Source: Chromera velia
Lineage: Eukaryota
DNA length: 53,545 nucleotides
Direction: 5' to 3'
Assembly: GCA_018398765.1 (NCBI GenBank)
Contig: JAHBMJ010000226.1
Location: 1-53,545 of the forward strand
In this document: in pieces, positions 37,101 through 49,448 of the stretch
How the letters are laid out: each line of letters opens with the position of its first letter
Numbering within the stretch: the stretch's first letter is position 1
Notes under the pieces: model-generated
The model's input: the letters and a program-made list of their open reading frames with translations, nothing else
What the model was told of the DNA's origin: nothing
Database searches by the model: none
Translations under genes and position numbers: made by a program

Positions 37101-38120
37101 GTCCCTAGCTGTTTCCCTTTCTGCCTGTCGATCATGTCCTCATTTTGTGAGTGATGCAGGGAACAGCCAAGGCAGGCAGCTGCCCCGCTTCTCTCTTCAT
37201 CGTCGCCATGCTCAAAGTGTGATGTAACCAGTTGCAGGGAAGTCGAGGCAGCCAGCACGCTGCAAAATGCGAATGGCATTTGAAAGCTTGTGTTATATGT
37301 GTGGATATGTAGTTGTTCTCTGCCTGACTGACCGATCTGCAGCATGTTCAGATCTGCATATGCCTGGCGCTCGTCGGCACCCCCGTGGAGGTACAGTCGA
37401 GTTCCGACGGTGGCAATCTGCGTGCACACCACACACACACGTCAGGGAGGTTACACAACGCACGCCAGAAGATTCCTAATTGCAGAGTTTGGCGCGCATC
37501 CGAAATCGAAGACTCACACAAATGAGACATGAGAATGAGTGAATGCCAGAGAGAGACACGCACCCATGTAGCATGGCATTTAGGACGGGGAGGGTGATAG
37601 TGACATGAGCCTGGACGTTGTGGAGTAGAGGGACTTCCGCATCTTCGCCGAAGCTGATCTTGGGGTGTTAGTGAAGGGGGACGGGCGGCTTTCAAAAGAG
37701 GCGTTGAAAGAAAGCACCCGAAGCACAGTCACCAGGCACAAAGTCGGAGCCTACCCAGGACCCTGCACAGGCCTTCCAGGACACTATGATGAAAAACCGG
37801 GGGGCCCTTCCTCCTCACCTGGGCTGCAACTCTTCCCGCCGGGGCGTCTCCGTGCTGTTTGAGGTCGCACACGGAGAGGACCAGATTACGGACTCCCTGT
37901 TTGTCGGCTGCACACACGACACGACACGACACGACGCGGTCACGGAAATTCGCTGGAGGTGGCTACAGATGATCAGGGGGGATCTCGGGGCGGGCGACGG
38001 AAGGAAAAGAAGAAACGGCAAATGCCTCCGCAGAAGAAGCAACGGAGAGTAAAACGACAGAGAGGAATACATAAAGCTAGAGATATATCAAGAGGAAACG
38101 CCCCATCTTTTGTCTTCCAT
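30838..38120 (-). CDS. Kelch-repeat beta-propeller (6 repeats) fused to a Rab1-like small GTPase
   Basis: Exons 37819-37896, 37333-37417, 36644-36891, 36228-36306, 35841-35896, 35491-35588, 34844-34951, 34442-34535, 33742-33958, 33388-33470, 32645-32821, 32014-32108, 31463-31652, 30838-31239 splice in frame. Kelch signatures: LYLHGG, LVLFGG, LIVHGG, VLMFGG, LFVFAG, LLVFGG. Rab motifs: [41 protein letters not shown]. The start at 38120 (MEDKRWG) and the final stop are tentative. Confidence 0.8.
35742..35793 (+). repeat. Dispersed 52-bp intronic repeat, copy 2, abutting a (GA)n tract
   Basis: ccaaggcggagacggacagctgcagacgagacgagcccatgcgtagaagaaa. Confidence 0.9.
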
Positions 38121-38961
38121 GCACCAGAAACTTTCATTTATCTACCAACCGTCTTCTGCCATGGCTGCGTCCAGAGAAGAAAGGAGGGTGAAAGATCTTG
38201 AACGTCAACTCGAAAAAGGAACCGGAGAGTTTGCACCAGTGCGAGGAACGGAAGAGAAAACCTTTTCACGCTGCTCACAAATGCGTTAGATGACTGCCGC
38301 TTACTGGAATGTACTTATCCTTCAAGATGCTGGCAAAGAGGGAACAGCTGCAGACAGACAGTGCCTGCCGCAAAGAAAAGAGAGGCAAGCAAATTTTCCC
38401 GTGGCCCCTGCAGCCTGTTTCTCCTCTCAAGCCAAACTCACGCAAGTTTCTTGCCGCACCCACACAGGCAGTCACAATTTAACAACAGGATGAGAGAGGG
38501 AGATTTCTACCAAGGACAATCACCGTCAAACAGTCGAGATCGAGAATCCACCTCCACTTTTATGGACGAGGATCTTTGACGAGGAGACGGCGCGCACCGG
38601 CGCCGCGGCGGGCGGCCCGCCTGCCGGCATCTGCCGGCCGGCCGGCCGGGCTCGGGAAAAAGTGTCGATCTGCGAAAGTTGCTTTCCGGGACCGCGTAGC
38701 AGTGTCTCTCCAATCAGTGCGAAGAGTGGTATTGTCACTGAGATTGAATGCTGCGTGAGGGCAGCAGGCAGCACGCACGAATACGGCATTCCAGTCCTTT
38801 TTGAATTGCATGCTTCCTTTCGCTCTGGGAGTGCTTGAGAACAGCAGGTGCCTGCAGGAGTGTGATCGAAATTGTTGCGAGACGGGATCTTCGTTGAAGC
38901 CTTTGTGGGCTTGTGAGAGCTTCGGCGACGCGGGTCAGGGCAGTGGGCGTGGGGTGAGAAG
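38121..38961. promoter_or_regulatory. Putative bidirectional promoter between the Kelch-Rab and plastid-targeted genes
   Basis: Almost pure G/C core at ~38588-38652 with (GCCG)n repeats. Confidence 0.45.
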
Positions 38962-40011
38962 ATGTTCTTGACCGCTTCCCTTTTATCTCTTTCGACTGCG
39001 ACTCTATGTGTCGCCTTCTGCCCAGGAGGCCAGTGTGGGTTCGCCCTTTCACGCCCTCACTCATCCTTCCTGGCCTCCGTGTCTCCGCCTTCATACAGAC
39101 GAAGAAGCAGGGGGGCTTTTGCCCTTTCGGCAGAAGATCGCTCAGGGGCTGCAGAGCTTTTGCAGACAGAAGAAGATGTGTCTGTTAAAGAGCCGGCAGG
39201 CAGCAGAAAGACTCGCGAGGGAGACGGCCCCTCTCAGACGGAGACGGGGGAGACGGGAAGGGAGAAAGCTGGACTGCTGGAGACAAGCACTGAAGAGTCA
39301 AGAGTAACGCAAAAGAGAAGTGCAGGCAAGCAGAGGGCAACTGACGACGCCCTGCTGGATGCATTCCAGGGCATCGAGGTGAAGCCGCCGGAGGAGGAGG
39401 AGAGAGTAGTTGTTGGTGCAGAGGGGGAGTGGGCTTCTATGTATGAAGAAGAAGCTCGCGAGTTGTTGGCTTCTTCATTGTCTTTTGATGGAAAGGGGCA
39501 GCAAGCGAAAAGTAGCGGATTTGAGGCTGAGGATTACTGGGGAGATCTGGATGAAGAGACCGACGCCGAGTCCGTCACTGACAGATGGACACGTCTACTG
39601 ACCAAACGGGTGATTGCGAAAAGGAAGGGTAAACGAATAGATGAGAGGGACACTTACTGGTCAGGAGTTTTTGCAACATTGTTACAGAAGGCAGAGCAGG
39701 AGAGCTTCGTCCCTGCTGTCACGGGAGGACAGGGGGAGGGGGAGGGAGGGGTTCGGGGCGTCTCGTTTTTTCAGTTTTTGGAACTCCCGCCGGTGCAGTC
39801 GTTGATCGAGTCGAAACGTCAGTCAGTCAGTCAGTCAGTCAGTCAGTTAGTCAGTCCACTCAGTCAGTCAGTCAGTCAGTCAGTCAGTCAGTCAGTCAGT
39901 CAGTCAGTCAGTCAGTCAGTCAGTCAGTCCAGTCTGTCAGTCTGTCAGTCTGTCAGTCTGTCAGTCTGTCAGTCTGTGAGTCTGTCAGTCTGTCAGTCTG
40001 TCAGTCTGTCA

Positions 40012-40047
<36 letters not shown>

Positions 40048-41300
40048 GACTGTCAGTCAGTCAGTCAGTCGGTCAGTCAGTCAGTCAGGGAGTCAGTGAG
40101 CCAGTCGGTCAGTCAATCTTGGAGGCAGACAGACAGACAGGCACGCAGACCGTCCCTTTCTGCGTTTGTGCGTTCGTCTGTCCGTTCATCTAGATTTCAG
40201 GAAGAGACAAAGAAAGCAGCGATGCTCGAGAGACGAAGAGGGAGGGAGCCAGCCTTGATTCAGACTTCCTTCTTTCTCTCCAGTGTGGATGGAGAGCCGT
40301 TGAGTTTGTTGGTGTGATTCTCGATTCTCTCTGTCGCTTGAGAAACTGTCATGCCTGCCTATGCCGAACAAGGAGGGCCCCAGGCAGAAAGGAATGAATG
40401 CACCAGGCAGAGAAGCCAAGAGGAGCCTCGATCCTCTCTCTTGTAGCTGTCTGTCACCACGAGTATCAAGATTATTTCTTCCTGTCTTTGAAGCACCTCT
40501 TCTTTTACCAAAAGATCAGACATGACGTGTGTTTGTCTCTTCGTCCGTCCCTTCCTGCAGTCACGGATGAGGTGGAGCTCTGGAGTTTGTGGGAGCGGGC
40601 GGTTGTGTCGGAAGAGGATCTGCTGGCGTTTTCTGTTGACAGGGGTGTGGGGGGTGGACAGAGACCGGAGAAAGCTGAGGAGGAGGCAGACAGCGACGAT
40701 GACTACGAGTGGGTGGAAGTTGACGAAGATGATGAGGACGAAGAGGCAGAGAAGGAGAGGGAAGAGGAGGAAACCGAGGAGGAAGAGGATATCGATGACT
40801 ATGTGCCGCCTCCGTGCATCAGTACTCTGCCTCAATTCGTATCTGTTGGGTTCTTGTTTGATGACTTGGCCAGGGCACTAGGGAGTGCTTCAGATTTGGT
40901 GGCCGAAACAGAGGAGGGAAAGAAGAGAGGAGGGGGAAAGGATGAAGAGTCTACAGGCGGACTGATCAAAGTGTTGGTCGAAAGACTTGAGCAGAGCAAG
41001 AGGGAGGAAGAAGAGTCCCGTTACATTCGGTGGATTCCGTTCCTGGGTGGGAAAAGAAGGGCAGGGCTGACTTCTGAGAAGGCGAAAGTGAGCGCGATGT
41101 TCGACGCAAGCATCAAGAGGATCCAGGCGGACAGAACCAAGGAAGGAGGAGGTACGTACAGAGAGAGAGAAAGAGAGAGAGGGGAGGGAAGTCAGAGAGA
41201 AGGGTGGGATTCCAACAAAGTCCATTTAGGGTTGTCTCTGTTGCTGTTGCTGTTGTTTCCGTGGTCGAGTCGGACTGATGCAATTTTTCTTTTCGTTGTG

Positions 41301-41331
<31 letters not shown>

Positions 41332-42676
41332 CATATGCCTGCAGGAGAGGCTGGGGTGGCGATGCTGCTGGCTGCAGAGTTGACAGAAAAAAAGATGAAG
41401 GCTGAGCAGGCAAACCAGAGAATCAGCAAGGAGATGATTCTCAAAGGTTCGTTGAATCAATCGTTGAGGTGTTCTTGTAGTCTTTCGTTCGTCTGTCACT
41501 GCTTTGTTGATTTGTCTTCGTTGATATTTGATGTCTCTCTCACTTGGACTCCCTTTGCGGGCGTCGGAAGGAAGAAAGGATGTTGCCTCTGCATGTCTTT
41601 AAGTTGCCTCTTGTCTGATTGTGTCTCTCTCTGCGTTCTGCTGTCTCTTTTCCATTTCGTAGCAATTCCTTGTACCTACTTTCTTTTTTAGACACTGATA
41701 AATCTTCACTCCTGTTTGTGAACCTTGGTTTGTTGTTTTTGATGATGCAGACATCCCACCGAAGACAGCATTGAACTCAATGCTGAAACAGGTGTCCGAC
41801 TCCGGTCTGGTCTGCCCTCCGTCGGCAGAAGAAGTTCTGAACGGCCTCTGCAAGGACCTCGTGAGGCAACCAGACAACCTCATTTATAGAGTCAGTCAGT
41901 CAGTGAGTCAGACTGACATGGACAGACACAGCACGAATGGGACTGTTTGCGTCTTTCGGGCTGAAGAACTCAATAAATTGCGTCGTTTGGTGTTTGGTTG
42001 AGTCCGGTTCCTAATTGTACGCATACGCTTTCGATCAGTTGGAGACTTTCAAACAGACTTCTTGTTTCTGTGGGTCGTCTGGAATCCTTCATACGAAAGG
42101 GAGTTGGTGGGTTTTTCTTTCGGCTTTTGTGGTCTCTTCTCTTCTCGTTTCTTCTCTTCTCTTCTGAGCACTGCGACACTCTTTTTGAACTGGTTGGGCG
42201 GATCTCTTTCTCTCCATTCTGCTCGTTGAACCCCATTTTGTTCCCCTCTCGCCGGCGTTGTGTCAATCTGGATCCATCTCCTCTTTTCTTTTGGAGGCCC
42301 CCCCTGTTATTTTTCTTCTCTTGCCATCTCTTTTCTTTTGGAGGCCCCCCCTGTTATTTTTCTTTTGGAGGCCCCCCCTGTTATTTTTCTTTTGGAGGCC
42401 CCCCCTGTTATTTTTCTTCTCCTCTTTTCTTTTGGAGGCCCCCCCTCTTATTTTTCTTCTCTTGCCAATCTTTCCAGTGCATGCATGGCAGTGGAAGGTT
42501 TTTTTTTTGTTGTGTCATTCTTCAACTCAAGACTGTACTCTCCCTTTGTGAGTGTTCCCTTACGACCTTTGCAGGGAAAATCGAAAATGGTCGAGGCTCT
42601 TGCGGGCAACTGGACGATGGTTTTCACGTCTTCCGAGAATGCGCGGTTCCATAAAGCGGTCACAGGTCTGCCTGCC

Positions 42677-42708
<32 letters not shown>

Positions 42709-45296
42709 GGCTGTCTTTCTTGAGTGTACGTCTTTCTCTTTCATGACACTGCTGTCAGGAGGACTCAAGCTTGTTCCTGGAGGAAAATGTAAGGAGGCGA
42801 GAAATCAGCCGTTTCTTTCCTTTCTTGCGGACCGTCTTTCACCCAGTGGATCTCCACTGAGACTCTGTGCCCCATTGAGATTCCTCAGGTGACTTGCTAC
42901 CAAGATTCTCTCTCTCCCCTGCGTGTGTGTACTGCAAAAAGAAAAAATCGAGCAAAGTGAAATCAACATGCGTTTGGAATCTCTGCCCCTTTCCTTCCTG
43001 TGTCTGCTTTGACTTTCTTTTTTTTTCTGTGCAGGTCTTGTGAAGAACATACCAACCTCACGCTTCAGAAATCTTCGCCTGGAACTGAAATCACTGTCAG
43101 TCACAGATCCGGGAGCTAGTAAGCTATCTCCTGCCTTTTTTTTCTATCTTTCCCCCTACTGGCCACATACTGGATGGAAAAAGGGCGCGACGCACACAGA
43201 GAGGAAGGTAAAGAGGGGAGTAGCTGTATGCCCTCCTAGAGAGAGGTCCGGTTGCCCGGAATCAAAGCGTGTTTTCTTTCGGGCAGCTCTTCCTGTTCTG
43301 CCGGTTTGCCTGGCCCTTGTTTTTCATCTCTCCCTGTCTCCGGAGGCATCTGTTCGCCCTCTCTTTCCCTCTGCCTGAGCGTGGACGACGCATGTGATGG
43401 GAGTGTGTGATGGGGGTGCAGATATGACGGGCAGCTCTTGGAGATGTGTTTTCATGAGGACCTTCGCAGTGTGATCGCCGAGATCCATGGGACGTGGGAC
43501 ATCGTTCTCTGTCAGTTTGTCTGCCTGCCTGCATGAGTGGCAGGCAAATGATCTATCTGAGTGGGAAAGAGACAAATGCTTATTCATTTGCCTGTCTGTA
43601 ATGATCGATCTGTTCTCTCTCTTTGTGTTTGCTTGTCCCTCCAGCATCAGTCCAGTCGATAGATGCTGGGAGGTGCTCTGCAGCTGCAGGGTCTTCTTTC
43701 TGCACATTTCATGCAGCCCCCTTTCTTTCACTTGATCGGGATGTCCCTGTCAGCTCTCAAAGTTTGTTCTTCCTCGCAGTGGTGATTGCATGCCTGTCTT
43801 CCCTTCCTTCCATCTCGTGTCAGCTCGCTCTTCGACTCATTCTTTGTTCTTTTATGATCTCTGATCACGTAAAAGACCGGGCCCTCCTAGGTGGTTGCCG
43901 TTGAGAGTCTGGTTTTTTTTGTCTACGCTTGTCTGTCTGAACCTGCGTGCAGCGACGTCGTCACAGAACACGAACGCCGTCATGCAGTCAGTGGCTTTCA
44001 ATCTTCCCCCTCCCCTTTTTCTTTGGGGAAGCCGAGAAGGGGAAAAGGATGTTGTGCGTGCTCTTTCCTCAGGCACTGGTTTCGATTGTTGTTTTTGAGC
44101 AACTGCTTCCTCATCACTCTTTCTGATACTACTTCTGATCCGTCCGTGTCGTATTTCTGCTTTTTTGTCTCTTTGCCTGCCGACTTTCTTTTCTTTTCGT
44201 TGAAATCGCGAGGTACTCGCTTCCCTCCCGTCTCCGCTCCTCGATCCTCATTCCTCACTTTAGTCACTCACTGCTTTCTGTGTTTTCTGTGTGCGTGTCA
44301 GCCAGTTCGCAGTTCTGAATGAACATTGGTACGGATCATGAGAGTGAATTCTAACGGTGCTAATGCGTAATCAGGGGGGTGATGCGAATAAGTTCTGTGA
44401 CCCATTTGTCATACATTCCTTCCTCGCTGTCTGTCCGTCCGTCTGTCTGCAGACTCAGACTCAACATGAAGAAGTGTAAATACGGTTTTGTGGACACCCC
44501 GGTGAAATATTGGTCCACCCTCGCCGGGTGGAGAATTCTGGAGGTACGTCCGTCAGGTCTTTCTGCTTCTTCTCTTTCTCTGGAGCGTTTAGAGGGAGGG
44601 ACTAGATTTGTGATCTTTCTTCGGGACTCTCTTCGGAATTGTTGGGTATGCGAGGGAGGGACATCAGGGGACTTACTTGAGTGGTCCGATTGGCTCTTCA
44701 CTCTGGCTGGATTCTTCAATCTGGACTCTCTCTGAATCTGATTTGGTTCTCCACTTCCCTTTGCAACTCTTCTCCGACTCTCAAAACCGCGAAAGAAATC
44801 GGGCTGCAGCGTCTTATGGCTTTTTGAGTCTTTCTTTCCCCTTCTCCACCGCCCTGATCATCTGCCTCTTTCTGTTTGCGTCAAAAAGTGTGCATTCTCG
44901 GAAAAGAGCAACAGCTTTCATCAAGGGTTGCCTGCAAGTCTGATCGATCTGATCGAGTCTTCCTTCCACGTTCTTTCTTTTTTTTGTTTGTGCGGCTTTG
45001 CTTGTATGAATGCGCGCATGCAGTTTTTGTACGTCGATCCGGAGCTTCTCGCCCTAAGCTTCCTTTCTGAGGACTCAATGGTTGTCTTCAAAAAGATCAA
45101 GGAAAAGGACCAGCAGCGGCCTCTAGGGGCAGCTGGAGAAGATGCAAAAGACCAGTTGGTGGGGTTCTTCAGGGAACTCATGCCAGAGACGACTCGAGGA
45201 GGGTCGTCGAGTCCTTCTCCCATGCAGGGGGAGACTGGAGGAAGGGAACTTGAAAGAAGTCTTGAAGAACAGTTTCCACCTCAACCACAACGGTAG
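38962..45296 (+). CDS. Nucleus-encoded plastid-targeted protein (~775 aa) with long acidic N-terminal region and C-terminal fibrillin/PAP-like domain
   Basis: Exons 38962-39817, 40561-41151, 41345-41446, 41751-41890, 42575-42665, 43035-43095, 43422-43510, 43953-43986, 44453-44543, 45024-45296 total 2328 nt in frame. Leader MFLTASLLSLSTATLCVA-F is followed by a Ser/Arg-rich transit-like stretch. C-terminal LAGNWTMVFTSS..LEFLYVDPELLAL..MVVFKK resembles fibrillin. Confidence 0.72.
39818..40115 (+). repeat. Compound microsatellite (GTCA)n/(GTCTGTCA)n/(GTCT)n starting at the intron donor
   Basis: Read directly; begins at the GT donor after the exon ending 39817. Confidence 0.95.
42275..42470 (+). 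repeat. Intronic minisatellite, ~27-bp core x5
   Basis: ttttcttttggaggccccccctgttat occurs five times, partly in tandem and partly separated by short pyrimidine linkers. Confidence 0.9.
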
Positions 45297-45925
45297 AAGC
45301 GAAAGCACATTGTGATTTGAATGAGACTTTAGTTGGTGGCAATTTGGTGCATGTCTGACAGTGTGCCAGTGATCTGACTGTTGTGAGAATCATCAGACGA
45401 GACATCTTCCGTGCGAATCATCGCTCAATAAGTCGCACTTGTACATCGGAGAGCTAGGCCACATAACTCCAGTGCCAGCTCCATTGCCAGCTCCACTGCA
45501 GCTAGTAGATTTCGATTCGTTTGAGGCACTAACTTCTGCAACAAAATTATTGAATAGATTTTAAAGCTTTAGCGAAATTACGTGCCGGTGGGTGTAAATT
45601 ACATCGTGTAATTAAGTGAATCAAGTTTGGTATAGTTTGAGAGCTTATGAGCCAATCGCTAGGCCAATCGATTTTAGCAATCCTACACTGCGGCAGTCTT
45701 ATACGAGCGTTTGTTTGGCCTAGTGTTTGGCCCATTTGGTTACTTAACTAGTTACTTGAAAGACACTCCCTAGGAAACTCCAACTATCATGACACTCATT
45801 TAATATATAAATATAGGACCTCTTTGAGTATATTTATTCAAATATAGGAAACTTTAAATTATATAGCTAGAGGCAAAGCGTATGTTACCGGGGCTACAGC
45901 TAGCGCTACAGCCTCATCATCATCA

Positions 45926-47670
45926 GGTGAAGGCTCGGGTAGATGGGGTAATAGAATGCTTTTCAGAAGGCGGAGGAGTAAAACAAGGCGATCCTCTCTC
46001 TTCTCTCTTCTTTCTTCTTTTCATCAACAATCTGCATAAGTCTGTCAGCTCCGATAATGAAAACAGGAATCAAAGCTTGGCTGGGGGTGCAGATAGAGAG
46101 ACTCTTGTCAGACTGTCGAAAGCATCGGATACGCTGACGACCTTGTTCTGTTTGCTCACAGTGCTTCAGACTTACAGAAACGTCTGTCCTATCTGGAGGA
46201 CTATTATAAGGAGCACGGTCTGAAGGTGAATTTGAAAAAGACAAAAGTCATGCGTCTTTCCTCCCCCCACCCTGACCTTGTGCCCCAGACCCCTTTTCTT
46301 TATGAAGGCAGACGAGTGGAAGAGGTGAGTAAATACAAGTATTTGGGCAACTGGGTTTTTGAGGGAGAGGACCTTAGCAAGACAGTCGAAGCCCGCATTG
46401 AGGCGGCAGACAAGGCTTTGGGGGCTGTGTTTGGCACTCTCTCTTCTCTGGGCTTTATTTCTCCCTTTTCTAAAATTACCTTGTTCAAGGCCCTATGGCT
46501 GCCAGTCGCGCTGTATGGACTGGAAACGATCCCACTGAGAAAGACAGATGTTGCCTGCCTCAATGCTTTACAGTTATGTTTTGTTGGATGTTGTTTTAGT
46601 CTCTCTTATCACTCTTTGAATTTGTTTCACCTTCTCTTTTCTCTCTCTCTCTTGAACCATTCAGTTCTTTGCTTGGTAAGTTGATTGGGGGCTTTGTCCA
46701 ATGCATCAAATTGATTGACCGTGCTCTATCCCGGGCAGTGTAGAATGAGTGCTTGGCTGGCTTATATGAACCCTTTGTTAAGACAGTAAAATGGCTGGCC
46801 GTTCCATTAGATTGCTCCTTTTTGTGGCCTCCATTGCCAAGCACGGTCGCGGATAAGTTTAAAAGGAAAGGCAAGGGTAGAAAGAAAAGGGTGGCAAGAA
46901 ACTTAAAGATTGTAGAGGGTGCCTGGCTGTCCGACTGGTTAAAAGAGGAAACTAGAAACGTTAGAGACAGAGACAGAATTTTCCCCCACCTTGCAAATCT
47001 CTCTCCTTTCTAATCAGAGAATCCAACCAGACAGCGTTTGGCCATGCACCTTCTAAGTAAAAGGAAATGGTGTCCGAGAAGTGAAATGATAGAATACAGT
47101 GTTGAACCTCTGCCAAAGAGTCTGTTACAGTCCTCCGCAGGCTTCCGTATGCTTTTTAGGGCTCTCACAGGGGGGGATATAGATAGAACCCACTGGCAAC
47201 CGGAATGGCTGTACAATAAGTGTTTGTCCCCCTCGTGTATGATCAAAGATGAGGTTCATGTCCTGACGGAATGTAAAGACACAGAAAGGGAACGAAACAG
47301 ACTGAAAATACTCTACGAAATTGCAATATAGAAAGCGCCCATTGACATAAGAATACAGATTGCACAACGCGTTGCAGGTGCAACCGGGAGGGGCACTTCT
47401 GATAATGAGAAGAAAATGAAGGAAATGGTGTTGCTATTGTGCATAATCCTGCCGAGAAGCGGTTCTAAAGCGCTAGCCGAGTGTTTCAGGAAGGTTCATT
47501 ATGTCGATCATGCAAGTTGAGGCGAATCGATCCGATTGGCATGCAGGCTTCCTCATCCCCCCCCCCTATGAATATATGCTCTGGGTTGTCCTCAAAGCCT
47601 TGTTAGTGGCTTAGGATTTGGCGTCGCTAAATCTAGGATTTAACCCTCAATCATCATCATCATCATCATT
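45926..47670 (+). mobile_element. 5'-truncated, frameshifted non-LTR retrotransposon (RT, C-terminal Cys/His finger, 3' stem-loops, (CAT)n tail)
   Basis: GVKQGDPLSSLFFLLFINNL, then after a frameshift GYADDLVLFA..GLKVNLKKTKVM..EEVSKYKYLG, and later CLSPSC..DEVHVLTEC. Several frameshifts and stops. Hairpins at ~47590-47634. (TCA)n tail at ~47651-47669. Confidence 0.92.
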
Positions 47671-47995
47671 ATTAATCGGTCTATAGGCCATCATGCAGTG
47701 CATGAGTCTAGGACAATGCTTTATTGCCCCTTTGCCAGACCTGCATCATACAACGGGAGGGGGCTTCATTCTCGTAACTCTAAACACCCTGCATCTAGAA
47801 GATGCTTTCTCAATCGCTGATGTCATTTCCCTTCTGTGGGAAGAGTACGACGACTGCAACAGAGACTCTCAGGCAGTAGAGGCAGACAGGAAGACCGGTG
47901 GCATCATCATCATCATCATCATTATTAATCGGTCTATAGGCCATCATGCAATGCATGAGTCTAAGACAATACTGTATTGCCCCTTTGCCAGACCT
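47651..47995 (+). repeat. ~92-bp direct repeat (47651-47742 and ~47902-47995), each copy beginning with (CAT)n
   Basis: (cat)n-tattaatcggtctataggccatcatgca(g/a)tgcatgagtcta(g/a)gacaat(g/a)ct(t/g)tattgcccctttgccagacct; 4 substitutions between copies. Confidence 0.92.
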
Positions 47996-49377
47996 CCATC
48001 ACTCATCGGGGTGGGGCTACCGTCTGCTAGCGGAAACCTGGCGCCTGCATGAATGAGGCTTAATCGATCTAAGTGCTGCCCCTCACTGTAGAAGGCTACG
48101 ATAGTGAAACCAATCCAAGGTACTGAGAGCAGACAGAGCAAATCATCATCACCTGTGCAATACTTGAACAACAGTTGTTTGACTGAAAAAGAAAAAAAAA
48201 AAAAGTAAAGGGTGTAGGAGGATTTTTTTTTTTTTTCTTTAGCCGCCGCCTAGGAAGTTAAAGTAAATTAAGTTAGACACAATGAAAGGTAAAGAATGAT
48301 TCTAGTAACTAGTCTATAAGAATGAGTATTGTATGTGTTGTAACTTCGATGTGCTCAAGAAGAGAACTCGGATATAGATGACTCTAAAATGAGACACCGA
48401 GCAAGACACATCTTTGCATGACTTCACACTTGCACAACATTACGAGCCACGTTCTTGAAGATATCGAATGAAAACAGACTGCATGTGTATGACAGACTCT
48501 ACAGACGCAAGCCTTGTACAATCCTTGACATAATATTCAAAGCGATTTGATTCACCGATTCATTGACTACACTTCTTCAACCGACGAAGGAGCTCAATGA
48601 ACTCAGCGCAATGGGCTCAGGCTGGGAATTAAACGAGGAAAGAAAGACTAGCAAGCAGACCGGCAGGGAGGTGTATGATGTCTCCCTGTCACTCTTTGAG
48701 TGATCAAACAACTGCATGTTCTTCAGATGCACGGAGTCTGCATGGTTGATGATGTGTTGATGTGCATGGACGGCACTCCAGTTTGCATGATGGCTCCCCC
48801 TGCTCGCAGCTATGCCGATCGAGGCTGTAACTTCGCTTGAAAGATCCAAAGGAAAATTAAGTGAAACCCATGCATGATCTATTTTCCTTTTTGGATGGAT
48901 GAACGGCTTTCCCTTCATTCATTCATTCATTCATTCATTCATTCATTCATTCATTCCATTCTTGATCGAAGAACCGTCCCACCCCATCCATGCCTGCCAG
49001 CTCCGCGAGCAAACGATCGACGGATCGATCCATCGATCCACACTCCTTCAGTACAAGGTGAGAGGGAGCGTTGGATCATTAGATGCACTCTGCACTTGTC
49101 CATAAATGAGCATAGGCGGACGAAAAGGCATATGAAGGGCCACTAGGAACAGCGGGAAACACAGAAATTTTGTTTGATCTGTTTTGCATTTCTGCGCTTT
49201 CCTTTCCTCTCTGCATGCATCCTCGTTCCTGTTTCCGAACATTCAAAAGGCACCAAAGAAGAACAAAACAAGATGGATGGGGGCCATGCGAATGAATGAC
49301 GCATGAATTCAAAAAAATAGTGTACAACACCGGCCTGACTGGAAGTCACATCGACCAATCTGATACATGTTTCGTCT

Positions 49378-49448
<71 letters not shown>

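Noticed and set aside
42275..42470. Repeats with short intervening sequences resembling a CRISPR array
   Set aside because: Units are mostly directly tandem, the linkers are themselves repeated pyrimidine tracts, the locus is a eukaryotic intron and no cas genes are present. It is a minisatellite.
48186..48241. Poly-A and poly-T inverted pair resembling an intrinsic terminator or hairpin
   Set aside because: Low-complexity homopolymers in a eukaryotic intergenic region; no supporting evidence of function.
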